Shown here one piece after another: positions 1 through 9,307 of a stretch of 64,000 nt of DNA (position 1 is its first letter; each line of letters opens with the position of its first letter). A program made the position numbers and the translations under genes. Under the pieces are notes generated by a model. That model was given only the letters and a program-made list of their open reading frames with translations. It made no database searches and had not been told where the DNA came from. Where the stretch lies: the NCBI GenBank assembly GCA_036229005.1, contig JAZAMN010000059.1, positions 96,001 through 160,000 of the forward strand, read 5' to 3'. The DNA comes from Myxococcota bacterium. GTDB taxonomy: Bacteria; Myxococcota_A; UBA796; CAJQPC01.

Positions 1-1899
1 CGCCTGCTGACAGCGACCGTCGTTCCCACCAAGTTCGAGCCCTTCGCCGACCACGACGGCCTGGCAGCCGCCGCAGATGTCCTGGTGCTCACAGGCGGCG
101 CAGCCCAGGTGTCCGCGGGCGCGCAGCGCGGCGGCTGTGGGGTGGCGCCGGGCGCGCTCGACGAAGCCGCGGACGCTGTCCAGCTCCACCCGCCCCAGCG
201 GGGCGCGGAAGGGGTGACAGGGGCTCAAGCTGCGGTCGGCCTGCACGCAGATCCGCGCGCCGCCGGCCTCACACTGCCAGAGGCTCTCCCGGGGCAGGCC
301 CAGACCCTCCAGCAGCGGGTTGATCACGGGGTAGTCAGCCACCACCGTGCTCAGTCCGCGCTTCTCCAGCGCGGCGACCTGCTCGGCGCAGCGCAGCAGA
401 TCCGCGGTGCTCAGGCCCCGTCCAGCGGCGGGCGTCATGCCCGGCTTGGTGAACAGCGGCCACAGGGTCAGCGGCCGCCACTGGCCCATGGACTCAGCCA
501 GGTACTGGCCCCAGGCGGCCACGCCGTAGTCCAGCAGCTCGCCGGTCAGGATGGTCGCCGGGGTGGCCAGCACGCCGTGCTCAGGCGCGATCGCCAGGGC
601 GTGCAGCGACTTGGCGGTCTGCGTGCGACCGCGCACGCGCTCGTGGACCCCCGGGGGCCCATCGATGCTCACCATCAGGTGGACCTTTGCGCGCAGCGCC
701 CCCAGCCTGGCCATCTCCGCGTGGTCCAGCAGCCCGCCGTTGGTGTTGATCAGCACCTGCGCGATGCCCAGCGCGTCCGCGCGCTCCAGGACCTCCCAGA
801 TGTGCGGGTAGAAGAAGGGCTCGCCGCCGGTCAGGTGTAGCACGGTGCGGTGTCCGACGGCCTCCTCCAGGAGCGCGAACACCAGCTCCAGAGGCAGCTC
901 GTCCAGATCGCTCAGGTCGGGCTCCTGCGCGAACACAAAGCAGTCCGGGCAGCGCAGGTTGCAGCGCCGGGTGAGCTCGATGTCCAGGACCAGGCGCTCC
1001 CCACCAAAGGCCGCCCGCGCGCCCAGCCGCAGCTTGCGACGCCCCAGGGCCTTGCGGCGCGCCTGGATGTGCGTCTGCAGCAGAGGCCCCAGCTCGAACG
1101 CAGCCGCCCGCACCTCGCAGGCACCCAGAGCGCTGTCGATGGCGTGCAAGTGGGTTCGAAGCGGTCCGGTCTTCCATGCCCGGCGCTCCGCAGCCCCCAG
1201 CTCCTCGACCCCATGACGACTCGGGTCCAGGCCCAGGATGGCCAGGTACGACGAGCGCTGTCCTTCAGCCAGATCCCGCGCCCCACCCAGCAGGTCGTTG
1301 GTGAGCTGCAGGGGCACGCCCAGCGCCTCCACCAGCTCAAACAGCGGCTCCACAAGCTCCGGCCGGCCGGCCTCCCGCGCCAGGGACACCAGCGGCAGCG
1401 CCATGGGCAGGTACTTGGCGCCCTGCAGCGCGGTGGCCTCTTCGGTCCAGGGCGCAGCGCTCGTGCGCAGGGTCAGGTCCCGGAGGGCGGCGTCCACAAA
1501 GGCCCCCATCCCCCGCGTCCAGTCCTGGGGCTCCAGCGACATCCACCCCAGCGCCGTCCCGGTCAGGAGCTGCTGGAGGTAGGCCCCGCGCGGCTCCGCG
1601 CCCTCGTCCACCAGGTCGTCCTGGATGCGCACCGCCAGATACAGGGCGAGCATCGCCTGCTGCGCGCGCTGAACGGACGCCTCGGGGAGTTCCAGCCCCT
1701 GCCCCAGCCAGGCCAGCAGCACAAAGGCCGGGGAGCCCTCCGGCCCGACAAACAGCCCCTCCAGGCCGCCCATGGGCTCCAGGCGCGCCCTCAGCGCATC
1801 GAGCTGCTCCATCAACAGACGCTGCGGGAGGGGGGGGAGGCTGCGCAGCGCGGCCTCAAATCGGGCCACACCGCCCTGCAGACCGTGGCTCTCGGACAT
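1..1899 (-). CDS. Fusion protein: N-terminal isoprenoid synthase-fold (ComQ/polyprenyl synthase-like) domain + radical SAM/SPASM domain; 3' end runs off the window
   Basis: Hand translation: ATG at 1899 overlaps the TGA of the upstream protease (TGATG) and the frame stays open to position 1 (633 codons). Motifs: YLAVRIQDDLVDE (DDxxD, 1620-1606), LQLTNDLLG (~1299), CNLRCPDC (CxxxCxxC, 963-940), TGGEP, NTNG, VSIDG, and SPASM cysteines CEAGGARICVQADRSLSPC...CAACEHQDICGGC...C. Absent from the ORF track because it has no stop in the window. Confidence 0.9.
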   Translation of the reverse strand, partial: MSESHGLQGGVARFEAALRSLPPLPQRLLMEQLDALRARLEPMGGLEGLFVGPEGSPAFVLLAWLGQGLELPEASVQRAQQAMLALYLAVRIQDDLVDEGAEPRGAYLQQLLTGTALGWMSLEPQDWTRGMGAFVDAALRDLTLRTSAAPWTEEATALQGAKYLPMALPLVSLAREAGRPELVEPLFELVEALGVPLQLTNDLLGGARDLAEGQRSSYLAILGLDPSRHGVEELGAAERRAWKTGPLRTHLHAIDSALGACEVRAAAFELGPLLQTHIQARRKALGRRKLRLGARAAFGGERLVLDIELTRRCNLRCPDCFVFAQEPDLSDLDELPLELVFALLEEAVGHRTVLHLTGGEPFFYPHIWEVLERADALGIAQVLINTNGGLLDHAEMARLGALRAKVHLMVSIDGPPGVHERVRGRTQTAKSLHALAIAPEHGVLATPATILTGELLDYGVAAWGQYLAESMGQWRPLTLWPLFTKPGMTPAAGRGLSTADLLRCAEQVAALEKRGLSTVVADYPVINPLLEGLGLPRESLWQCEAGGARICVQADRSLSPCHPFRAPLGRVELDSVRGFVERARRHPTAAALRARGHLGCAACEHQDICGGCQAVVVGEGLELGGNDGRCQQA

Positions 1900-2792
1900 C
1901 ACGCCACCGCCGGCGCAGACGAGGACACCGAGAAGCTGCGCGCGAGATCCAGCGCGCCCGAGCCCAGCCGCTCCCGCAGCCCCGCCACACCCAGCTTGGG
2001 GGAGTGCTGCAGCAACAGGGCAGCGGACCCCGCCACCAACGGCGCCGCGAAGCTGGTCCCGCGCTCCCACCCGTATCGCCGGGGACAGAGCGCCACCCGC
2101 ACGCCGCTCCCCGGGGCCAACAGCTCGGGCTTCACCGAGCGCCTGTCCTCCCAGCAGAGCAGCCCCTCCGGGCTCTCCGGGCCGGGCTCTCCCCCGCGGT
2201 CCAGGCTGCCGACGCCCAGCGCCTCGGGGTAGTTCCCCGGGCTGCCCGTCTCGCCCTGGCGTCCGCCGTTGCCGATGCTGGCGACCACCAGGATGCCGCT
2301 CCGCTCGGCTTCCTGCACAAGATCGCGGATCCACGCGTCCTGACCACGCCGCTCCAGGGTCATCAGGACCAGGTCCACCTGACCGTGCTCCAGCAACCAC
2401 TTCAGGCCAGCCCGGACGTCCTCGGGCTCAGCCCGGGAGACCCGTCGATGGCGCCCCATCCGGTAGACATCGGCGACCACCAGCGTGGCCTCGCGCGCGA
2501 GCCCCTGGTTGTCCCCCACCAGCAGGCTGGCCACGGCGGTCCCGTGGTCGGGGATCGGCGCCTGACCGGGAGAGATGCGGTGCACCTGGATGCGGCCGGA
2601 GGCGACCGCCCCACTCAGCTCGGGGTGCTCCAGGTCCACGCCACCATCCACCAGCCCGATGCGGACGCCGTCACCGCGTAGCCCGAGCGACCACGCGACC
2701 TGTGCACCGATGGCGTGCAGGTGCCAGGCAGGGTCCAGCGCTTGTACGGGCGTTGCCCGCGGCGCACGGGCAGCCTGAATGCTCGATGACAT
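1899..2792 (-). CDS. S8 (subtilisin-family) serine peptidase, catalytic domain only
   Basis: Triad motifs LVDGG, DHGTAVASL, GTSFAAP and oxyanion SIGN. Likely start is ATG 2792 (MSSSIQ); the ORF track extends to 2885. No signal peptide or pro-domain visible. Confidence 0.9.
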   Translation of the reverse strand: MSSSIQAARAPRATPVQALDPAWHLHAIGAQVAWSLGLRGDGVRIGLVDGGVDLEHPELSGAVASGRIQVHRISPGQAPIPDHGTAVASLLVGDNQGLAREATLVVADVYRMGRHRRVSRAEPEDVRAGLKWLLEHGQVDLVLMTLERRGQDAWIRDLVQEAERSGILVVASIGNGGRQGETGSPGNYPEALGVGSLDRGGEPGPESPEGLLCWEDRRSVKPELLAPGSGVRVALCPRRYGWERGTSFAAPLVAGSAALLLQHSPKLGVAGLRERLGSGALDLARSFSVSSSAPAVA

Positions 2793-2942
2793 GGTGGGTC
2801 CGGGATGACAGGCCCCCCCAAGGACAGCGCGCTCCAACGCGGTGGAGGCGTATACACCGTCTTGACCCTCAGGTCCACACGTCAACCTCCCAATATAGCC
2901 TTGATGATCGGGGTCGCTCCTACTTCGGTATTACATCCCATT

Positions 2943-3761
2943 TCATTCCTCCCCCGAGACCTGCCTCGCGACCCACCCGTGGACCGTTTCTGGAGCAAGT
3001 GCAAGCAGATAGAGCAGCAGCATCGACGCCGAGAAGGTGGCGACTGGAAGACTTACATAGATCCCCGCGTGCAAGATCACCCCAAATCCAAGGATCCATT
3101 TGCGGGCAGATGGGAGCCAGATGCCTAGGGCAATGGCGTACTCCAGCAGAATGACCGCTACGCTCAAAGCGACCATCAACCAATGGAATCCGGGCCACGC
3201 CGGGTAGTCCGAGCCCTGGTACAGGACCATGAAATACTGCTCCATCCGCTCCCCCGAGGCGTGCCCCCACTCGGTCTTGGACCAAGCTCCAAAGAGGTAG
3301 ATCGCGCTGAGCTGCACCTTGATCAAGTGGCGTCCCCAGTCCAGTCCCCGCTCCCGGGGAGCGTCGCCGCGCCGCAGCGCCAAGGCCCGATCCAGCGAGA
3401 AGCTCCCTCCGCAGGGGGTCAGCGCGAGCAGCACGGGCAGCGTGAACAGCAGGTAGGTGTGGTGGTGGGTGTAGGGCTCCACCCCCATCTGGTGGCCCAG
3501 GCCGTAGTACAGAAAGAGCCCCAGCGCGCCCGTGATCGCGGTGCTCAGGCGGGAGAAGAGCCCCAGGAACATGGCGGCCGTGGCCGCATACCAGAGCAGC
3601 GAGAGGCCGATGCGCCAGGGCTGGATGTGCTGGTAGAGGACAAAGTCGCTGCCCAGCCGGGACCAGAGCAGCAGTGGCCACCCGATACGGACCAGCGAGA
3701 CCGAGCGCGTCGAGGCCTCCTTGGAGAAGAAGGCCACGAGCCGGGCTCTCAGGGCGTGCAC
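2943..3761 (-). CDS. HTTM-domain (vitamin K-dependent carboxylase-like / SdpB-like) membrane protein
   Basis: Multiple TM segments; motifs HHTYLL, FSLD, QLSAIYLFGAWSK, GVILHAGI, FS typical of HTTM proteins. Confidence 0.8.
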   Translation of the reverse strand: MHALRARLVAFFSKEASTRSVSLVRIGWPLLLWSRLGSDFVLYQHIQPWRIGLSLLWYAATAAMFLGLFSRLSTAITGALGLFLYYGLGHQMGVEPYTHHHTYLLFTLPVLLALTPCGGSFSLDRALALRRGDAPRERGLDWGRHLIKVQLSAIYLFGAWSKTEWGHASGERMEQYFMVLYQGSDYPAWPGFHWLMVALSVAVILLEYAIALGIWLPSARKWILGFGVILHAGIYVSLPVATFSASMLLLYLLALAPETVHGWVARQVSGEE

Positions 3762-4144
3762 AGGTTCTCCTCGGGGTCACCCTGGGGCTTCCACCCGCGA
3801 ATCCCGCCGCAGCGGCAGTCCATGGTGAGCTCCTGAACCCCGAGCGCGCGACAGATCTCCCTCCCCTGCCGCCTGGCCTGGTCCACGTCCCGCAGCATGC
3901 GCACCTTCCGGGGCGCCTCCCAGCGGTGCTCGTAGCCCAGGGTCTCCAGCCGCTGCACCGGCGTCCGCTGAGGGCCCGCCAGATAGCGCACGTCACAGAT
4001 GTCCGTGCCGTAGCCGATGAACATCAGCCAGCGCTTCACGTAGGGCACGCGCAGGCCGAGCACCTGGGTGGCGAAGGGCCCCCCCAGCATCCACAAGGTC
4101 AGGGAGGCGAAGAGCCCCGCTCGAAGCCAGATCTTCCACCGCAT
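3749..4144 (-). CDS. Small membrane-anchored partner of the HTTM protein (SdpA/DUF5819-like)
   Basis: N-terminal TM, W-x-M-F motif, several Cys; overlaps the HTTM gene by 13 nt. Confidence 0.55.
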   Translation of the reverse strand: MRWKIWLRAGLFASLTLWMLGGPFATQVLGLRVPYVKRWLMFIGYGTDICDVRYLAGPQRTPVQRLETLGYEHRWEAPRKVRMLRDVDQARRQGREICRALGVQELTMDCRCGGIRGWKPQGDPEENLCTP

Positions 4145-4194
4145 GCGCGCTGGCTATCCCAAGCCGCTATCGTGGGCATGCAACCGAGGTCGCC

Positions 4195-4656
4195 ATGCTC
4201 CTGCTCCTGCTCGCCTGCACCCGCTCGGCGGACCCCACACCTGAGCCCGCGGTGGAGGAGGAGGAGACCTCGGCCCCCGCGCCAGTGACCCCACCCCCCA
4301 TGCCCGAGCGGCCCACCCTCCCCTCGGAGCGCTCGGCCCCAAGCGAGGACACCGCGAGGTCGTGGCTCACCGGCAACTGGAGCACCGGCGGGAACACCCT
4401 GAGCCTCAAGGGGGACGGGACCTTTGTCTACGCGGGCAAGGATCCCTGCGGGCAGCAGGACCTGGCCGGGACCTGGGAGCTCACCCGCCGCACGCCGAGC
4501 TGGGTGAACGCCCGGATGACCCCCACGCAGGGCGAGCCCACGGTGCTGGCGCTGGGCGTCCCCCTGAACCCCAAGATGCGCCCGGACCACTTTGGCGTGG
4601 ACTGCGAGAAGGACCCCATCGGGATGGAGTCCAGCAGCTACTGGACCCGCCGCTGA
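4195..4656 (+). CDS. Hypothetical lipoprotein
   Basis: MLLLLLAC start with GAGG RBS, Pro/Glu-rich linker, small beta-rich domain. Confidence 0.7.
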   Translation: MLLLLLACTRSADPTPEPAVEEEETSAPAPVTPPPMPERPTLPSERSAPSEDTARSWLTGNWSTGGNTLSLKGDGTFVYAGKDPCGQQDLAGTWELTRRTPSWVNARMTPTQGEPTVLALGVPLNPKMRPDHFGVDCEKDPIGMESSSYWTRR

Positions 4657-4675
4657 GTGCAGCGGGCCGCCCGGC

Positions 4676-5401
4676 TCAGGGCAGGGTGTTGAACACCCGC
4701 TGGACGTCGTCGTCCTGCTCCAGGCGATCGATCAGCGCCAGCACCTCGTCCGCCTGCTCGTCGCTGAGCTCGGTCATGGTGGTGGGGTTGTAGTCGGTCT
4801 CGGACTTGAGGGGCTCGATGCCCAGCTCGTCCAGCGCCGTGGAGAGGTTGTTGAAGTCCTCGAAGGCGCAGCGCAGGGCCATGACCTTCTCGCCCTCTTC
4901 GTTCTCGTCCTCGGCCATGGACTCCAGGCCGTGGTCGATGAGCTCGAGCTCCAGCTCCTCCCAGTCGCGGTCGGCGTCCAGCGCCAGGTGGAAGAGGCCC
5001 TGGTGCTCGAAGAGGAAGGACACGCTGCCGGTGGCGCCCATGTTGCCGCCGCCCTTCTTGAAGTGCATGCGCACGTTCGCGACGGTGCGGGTGGGGTTGT
5101 CGGTGGCGGTCTCGACCAGGATGGCGACGCCGTGGGGGGCGTAGCCTTCGTAGATCAGGATGGCGTAGTCGGAGGCGTCGTCGCCCGAGGCCTTCTTGAT
5201 CGCGTTCTCGATCTTGTCCTTGGGCATGTTGACCGAGCGCGCGTTCTGGATGGCCCGCCGCAGCGCCGGGTTGTTCTCGGGGATCGGACCGCCGGCCTTG
5301 ACGGCGATGGTGATCTCCTTTCCGCAGCGCGTGAACGCCTTGGCCATGCGGTCCCACCGCTTGAACATGGTGGCCTTGCGCTTCTCGAACATGCGGCCCA
5401 T
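4676..5401 (-). CDS. yebC: YebC/PmpR family protein
   Basis: [47 protein letters not shown] motifs. Confidence 0.95.
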   Translation of the reverse strand: MGRMFEKRKATMFKRWDRMAKAFTRCGKEITIAVKAGGPIPENNPALRRAIQNARSVNMPKDKIENAIKKASGDDASDYAILIYEGYAPHGVAILVETATDNPTRTVANVRMHFKKGGGNMGATGSVSFLFEHQGLFHLALDADRDWEELELELIDHGLESMAEDENEEGEKVMALRCAFEDFNNLSTALDELGIEPLKSETDYNPTTMTELSDEQADEVLALIDRLEQDDDVQRVFNTLP

Positions 5402-5558
5402 GGGCTGCCCTCCAGTCTGGGGTGCAAGGCTATGTCACCCGCGCGCGCCGCGCCAACACCAGCGCCATGACCGGGCGCAGAGACACAGAGTCCGGCCCAC
5501 AAGTGTGTGGAATCACCCAGCCTGTCCTCGCTGGCGCCGTGGTGGCGTCGCGGTGTGC

Positions 5559-5574
5559 TGGCACGCCCCTTGCT
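5559..5574 (+). promoter_or_regulatory. Sigma-54 (-24/-12) promoter upstream of the usp gene
   Basis: TGGCACG-CCCC-TTGCT matches the consensus TGGCACG-N4-TTGC(A/T), 27 nt before the ATG at 5602. Confidence 0.75.
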
Positions 5575-5601
5575 GCGTTGGTGAGCCACACAGGAGTGAA
5601 C

Positions 5602-6045
5602 ATGTTTGAGCGTGTCCTCGTCCCCGTCGACTTCTCCGATCCCTCTCGGGCCGCCCTCCGGCTGGGGCGGGATCTGGTCGCCAGCAGCGGCGGCACCCTG
5701 ACCCTGCTCCACGTGAGCGCGCTCCCCTGGCACGCCAGCCAGGAGCTGGGCATGACGCCCGCCGGCGCCGAGCTCTACCAGGACCTGGCCAAGGACGTGA
5801 GCCGAGAGCAGATGCGCGCGCTGACCGAGATGGCCAACGCCGAGCTGCCCGGCCCAATGGACCGCGCCCTGCTGCTGCGCGAGGGCTTCCCCCCCGATGA
5901 GATCGCCGCCCAGGCCAAGCAAGGCAAGCACGACGTGGTGGTCATGGGCACCCACGGTCGCACGGGCGTGAGCCGGGCCATCATGGGATCGGTGGCCGAG
6001 CGGGTGGTGCGGCTCTGTGAGATCCCGGTGCTGATCACCCGCTGA
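5602..6045 (+). CDS. Universal stress protein
   Basis: MFERVLVPVDFSDPS...VVMGTHGRTG...GSVAERVVR; AGGAG RBS. Confidence 0.95.
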   Translation: MFERVLVPVDFSDPSRAALRLGRDLVASSGGTLTLLHVSALPWHASQELGMTPAGAELYQDLAKDVSREQMRALTEMANAELPGPMDRALLLREGFPPDEIAAQAKQGKHDVVVMGTHGRTGVSRAIMGSVAERVVRLCEIPVLITR

Positions 6046-6120
6046 GCCCTGCGCCCCCGGAGCGCTTCGAATAGCGAGAGGCGTCGGCCCGTCCACGTCG
6101 CCCCTTCCCGGAGTGTCCCC

Positions 6121-7794
6121 ATGGGGAGCGCCCTGTTCCTGATCCTCGCCTGCGCCGAGCCCCCCGCACCCTGGGAGGGCCCGGTGCTCACGCAACCCCG
6201 CGAGGCGCTGACGGTGGCGCAACTCCAGGACACGCAGACCCTGGAGCTGCTGGACATGAGCTTCTTCGCCCGGCCGGACTGGGCGGAGGACAGCAGCCGG
6301 GAGTTCTCGGGGACGCTGCGCTTTGAGGACAGCGAGCTGTTGGCCCCCAAGGACCGCGAGTCCTACGAGGGCGAGGACAGCTTCCCGGCGCTGACCCTGG
6401 AGCTGGTGAGCGACGGGGGCCTGCTCCACGCGCAGCCCATGGGCGTGATCGACACCCGCGCGGAGAGCGCGAGCTACTGGGACGTGTACGTGGGCACGGG
6501 CGCGATCTGGGAGGAGCCGGACGACGGGGGCTGGAGCCGGGCGAGCCTGCCCGTGAACCTGCTGGGCCGCTACGTCGGCGAGGTGCGGAACTGCGTGGCC
6601 ACCTGGGTGTTCGACGACACGCAGACCAGCAACGTCTACCTGCAGTGCAGCCAGGAGACGGCGGTGCTGGACGCCGGCCAGCTCGGGGACCTGCGGGCGA
6701 TGCTCCCGGTGGGCTTCACGCCACTGGAGGCAGACCCTGCGCTGCTCGCCGAGGCCCAGGCCCGCTACGCCGCGCGCATCCCGGTGGAGCCCCTGGCGGA
6801 GCTGGACGCTGAGGGCGAGATCGCCGCCCACTTCGACCGCGACCACGTGACCAACGCGTCCACTTCGCTGGGGGGCGTCTACTGGGACGGGACCCTGTAC
6901 CTGCACCCGGCGGCCACCCGACACGGGCCCTTCCCCTACCCCCAGGACATGCGGCACGGGGTGTTCTCGGTGACCAAGAGCATGGCCGGGGCGCTGGCCA
7001 TGTTCACCCTGGCGGAGCGCTACGGGGACGAGGTGTTCGACGCGCAGATCGTGGACTACGTGCCCGCCCTCGCCGACCTGCCCGAGTGGCAGGGGGTGAG
7101 CTTCTCGCACTGCCTGAACATGGTGACCGGCACCCGCGCGGGCGAAGACCTGCTCTACGAACCCCTGGAGCTGGCCCCCGACAGCGAGACGGCCATCCAG
7201 AACATCGCCGCGTTCGGCGACTACCCGGAGGCCCCCGGCGAGGCCTTCAACTACGCCACCACCAACACCTTTGTGCTGTCCTACGCCATGGAGCGCTACG
7301 TCCAGGAGCGCGAGGGGCCCGACGCCCACTACTGGGACATCGTCCACGACAGCGTGCTGGTGCCCATCGGCGCCCAGGACTTCGCGGTCCTCCACACCCG
7401 CGACGAGGCCCCCCAGGACCGCGTGCCCATCCTGGGCCTGGGCGGCCTCCCCAGCGCGGACAGCGCCCTCAAGATCGCCCTGCTGATCGCCAACGAGGGC
7501 GAGCACAACGGCCAGCAGCTCCTGAGCCGGACCCGCGTGCGGGAGGCCCTGGGGCGCGAGGACTTCGAGGGCTACAAGGCCTGGTCTGGCCTGCGCTACC
7601 GCCACTCCTTCTGGGTGCAGAGCGTGCGCGTGGGTGGCTGCAAGGTCGAGCTCACCTACATGGAGGGCCTGGGCGACAACCGCGTGGTGCTCTTCCCCAG
7701 CGGCGCGGTCTCCCTGCAGTTCACCGACGAGTTCGACGACGACTTCAAGGAGCTCGTGCGCGCGGTGGAGGGCCTGCACAGCTCCTGCGACTGA
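6121..7794 (+). CDS. Beta-lactamase-like serine hydrolase lipoprotein
   Basis: FSVTKS (SxxK) and PGEAFNYAT motifs; N-terminal LILAC lipobox. Confidence 0.8.
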   Translation: MGSALFLILACAEPPAPWEGPVLTQPREALTVAQLQDTQTLELLDMSFFARPDWAEDSSREFSGTLRFEDSELLAPKDRESYEGEDSFPALTLELVSDGGLLHAQPMGVIDTRAESASYWDVYVGTGAIWEEPDDGGWSRASLPVNLLGRYVGEVRNCVATWVFDDTQTSNVYLQCSQETAVLDAGQLGDLRAMLPVGFTPLEADPALLAEAQARYAARIPVEPLAELDAEGEIAAHFDRDHVTNASTSLGGVYWDGTLYLHPAATRHGPFPYPQDMRHGVFSVTKSMAGALAMFTLAERYGDEVFDAQIVDYVPALADLPEWQGVSFSHCLNMVTGTRAGEDLLYEPLELAPDSETAIQNIAAFGDYPEAPGEAFNYATTNTFVLSYAMERYVQEREGPDAHYWDIVHDSVLVPIGAQDFAVLHTRDEAPQDRVPILGLGGLPSADSALKIALLIANEGEHNGQQLLSRTRVREALGREDFEGYKAWSGLRYRHSFWVQSVRVGGCKVELTYMEGLGDNRVVLFPSGAVSLQFTDEFDDDFKELVRAVEGLHSSCD

Positions 7795-7812
7795 GCCTCT
7801 TGGCCCAGGGCC

Positions 7813-9210
7813 CTACTCCAGGTAGCCCAGGGCCTTGAGCTGCTCGGTGGTCGCGTCGCTGTCGTCGCGCCCGGCGTTCAGGGGGCTCGCGGTGCCCACC
7901 CAGGCCTGCACCTGCTTCTCGAGCTGCATGCCCGCGGTGCTGTTGGTCTGGAGCAGATCGCTCTGCTCCATCGCGTCATCGCGCGCGAACAGCTCGCGGG
8001 TCTGGACCTTGGGGCAGCTCTGGTACTTGTACTCCGGGGTCCAGACGCCCTTGCACTTCTGGGCGTTGGTCCAGGCCTGGCCCTCTTCGTACTCGGGCTT
8101 CTCGGGCTTGGTGGCCTCGGAGTAGATCTGGGCGCGGGCCGGCGGCGCCTGCCCCAGGAACAAGGGCGCGAAGGACACGCCCTCGCTGCGCGGCGCGCTC
8201 TGCAGGCCCAGCACCTCCAGGATGGTGGGGGTGACGTCCACGTTGGAGACCAACCCGCTGTGCCGGGTGCCCCCCAGCTTGCCGCCGGGCAGGCGGATGA
8301 ACAGCGGGATGTGGGTGGCGCTGTTGTAGGTGGACGGCCCGTGGTCCCAGTAGTCCTTGTGCTCGTCGAAGCTCTCACCGTGATCGCTGGTGATGATCAG
8401 CAGGCTGGTCTCCAGCAACCCCTGAGCGTCCAGGCCCTCGAGCAGGCGCCCGAGCTGCTGGTCGGTCCAGCTCACCTCGCCGGCGTAGAGGTCCTTGAGC
8501 ACCTCGGACCTGGCGAAGGCCTCGGGCTCCCCGCGGTGCATGGCGGCGCGGATCTCCTTGAGCTCCTCCATCGTGCCCTGCAGGCCCATGTGGTCCTGGC
8601 GGTACATGGTGTCGAAGGGCGCGGGCGGCGCATAGGGCCAGTGCACGTCCCAGTAGTGCACGAACAGCAGCAGCTTGTCCCCGGCGCGCTGCGGGGTCTT
8701 CTGGAGCACGGCGTCGGTGACCTGGGCGTTGTCCCCCATGTTGGGGAAGTAGGCCTCAAAGCCCTGATCAAAGCTGAACTTTGGATTCAACGGAAAGGCA
8801 CCACTGACCCCCAACGTGCGCCAGCCGGCGTCCTTGAGGCTCTCGGCCAGCATCACGTTGTCCGGGTGGACGATGTCGCCGTTCCGCGCGGCGCCGTGGG
8901 TGTGCGGGTAGCTGCCGGTGAACAGGCTGGTGTGGCTGGGCAGCGTGGTCGGAGCCGCCGTGTACGCGTGCTCGAAGACGATGGACTCGGCGGCCAGCCG
9001 GTCAAAGTTCGGGGTCTTGACCTTGGCGCTGCCGTAGGGCCCCAGGTGGTCGGCCCGCAGGGTGTCGATGGACACGACGATCACGTTCTCGACGCCCAGC
9101 GAAGCGTAGCCGTCCTGGGCCTGGGTCTCCGGAGCGCCCGCCAGCGCCAGCCCGAGCAGCCCGGCGCCCGCCCCCAGCCAGGCCGCACTCTTCCACACAG
9201 CTCCGCGCAC
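7813..9210 (-). CDS. Sulfatase-like hydrolase/transferase (alkaline phosphatase superfamily)
   Basis: SIDTLRADHLG, TTLPSHTSLFTG, HYWDVHWPY, SDHGE, C-terminal LKALGY. GTG start at 9210 follows a GGAGG RBS. Confidence 0.88.
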   Translation of the reverse strand: MRGAVWKSAAWLGAGAGLLGLALAGAPETQAQDGYASLGVENVIVVSIDTLRADHLGPYGSAKVKTPNFDRLAAESIVFEHAYTAAPTTLPSHTSLFTGSYPHTHGAARNGDIVHPDNVMLAESLKDAGWRTLGVSGAFPLNPKFSFDQGFEAYFPNMGDNAQVTDAVLQKTPQRAGDKLLLFVHYWDVHWPYAPPAPFDTMYRQDHMGLQGTMEELKEIRAAMHRGEPEAFARSEVLKDLYAGEVSWTDQQLGRLLEGLDAQGLLETSLLIITSDHGESFDEHKDYWDHGPSTYNSATHIPLFIRLPGGKLGGTRHSGLVSNVDVTPTILEVLGLQSAPRSEGVSFAPLFLGQAPPARAQIYSEATKPEKPEYEEGQAWTNAQKCKGVWTPEYKYQSCPKVQTRELFARDDAMEQSDLLQTNSTAGMQLEKQVQAWVGTASPLNAGRDDSDATTEQLKALGYLE

Positions 9211-9307
9211 ACGCACCTCCAGCTTTTCGACGGGCGCCCTGCAAGGTAACGCACCATGGGGACCGCTCTGTTCCCCTGACCTCACGAGTGCAACCCGGGA
9301 GTAGACC

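Noticed and set aside
85..2232. Plus-strand ORFs 85-840 and 850-2232
   Set aside because: Antisense shadows of the minus-strand rSAM fusion and protease; they have no recognisable motifs, while the minus frame has clear ones.
2615..2878. 87-aa Trp-rich ORF with a GGAGG upstream, as a possible RiPP precursor
   Set aside because: Two thirds of it overlaps the S8 catalytic region in another frame, and the Trp residues arise from shifted CTG/GTG codons. Not supportable without conservation data.
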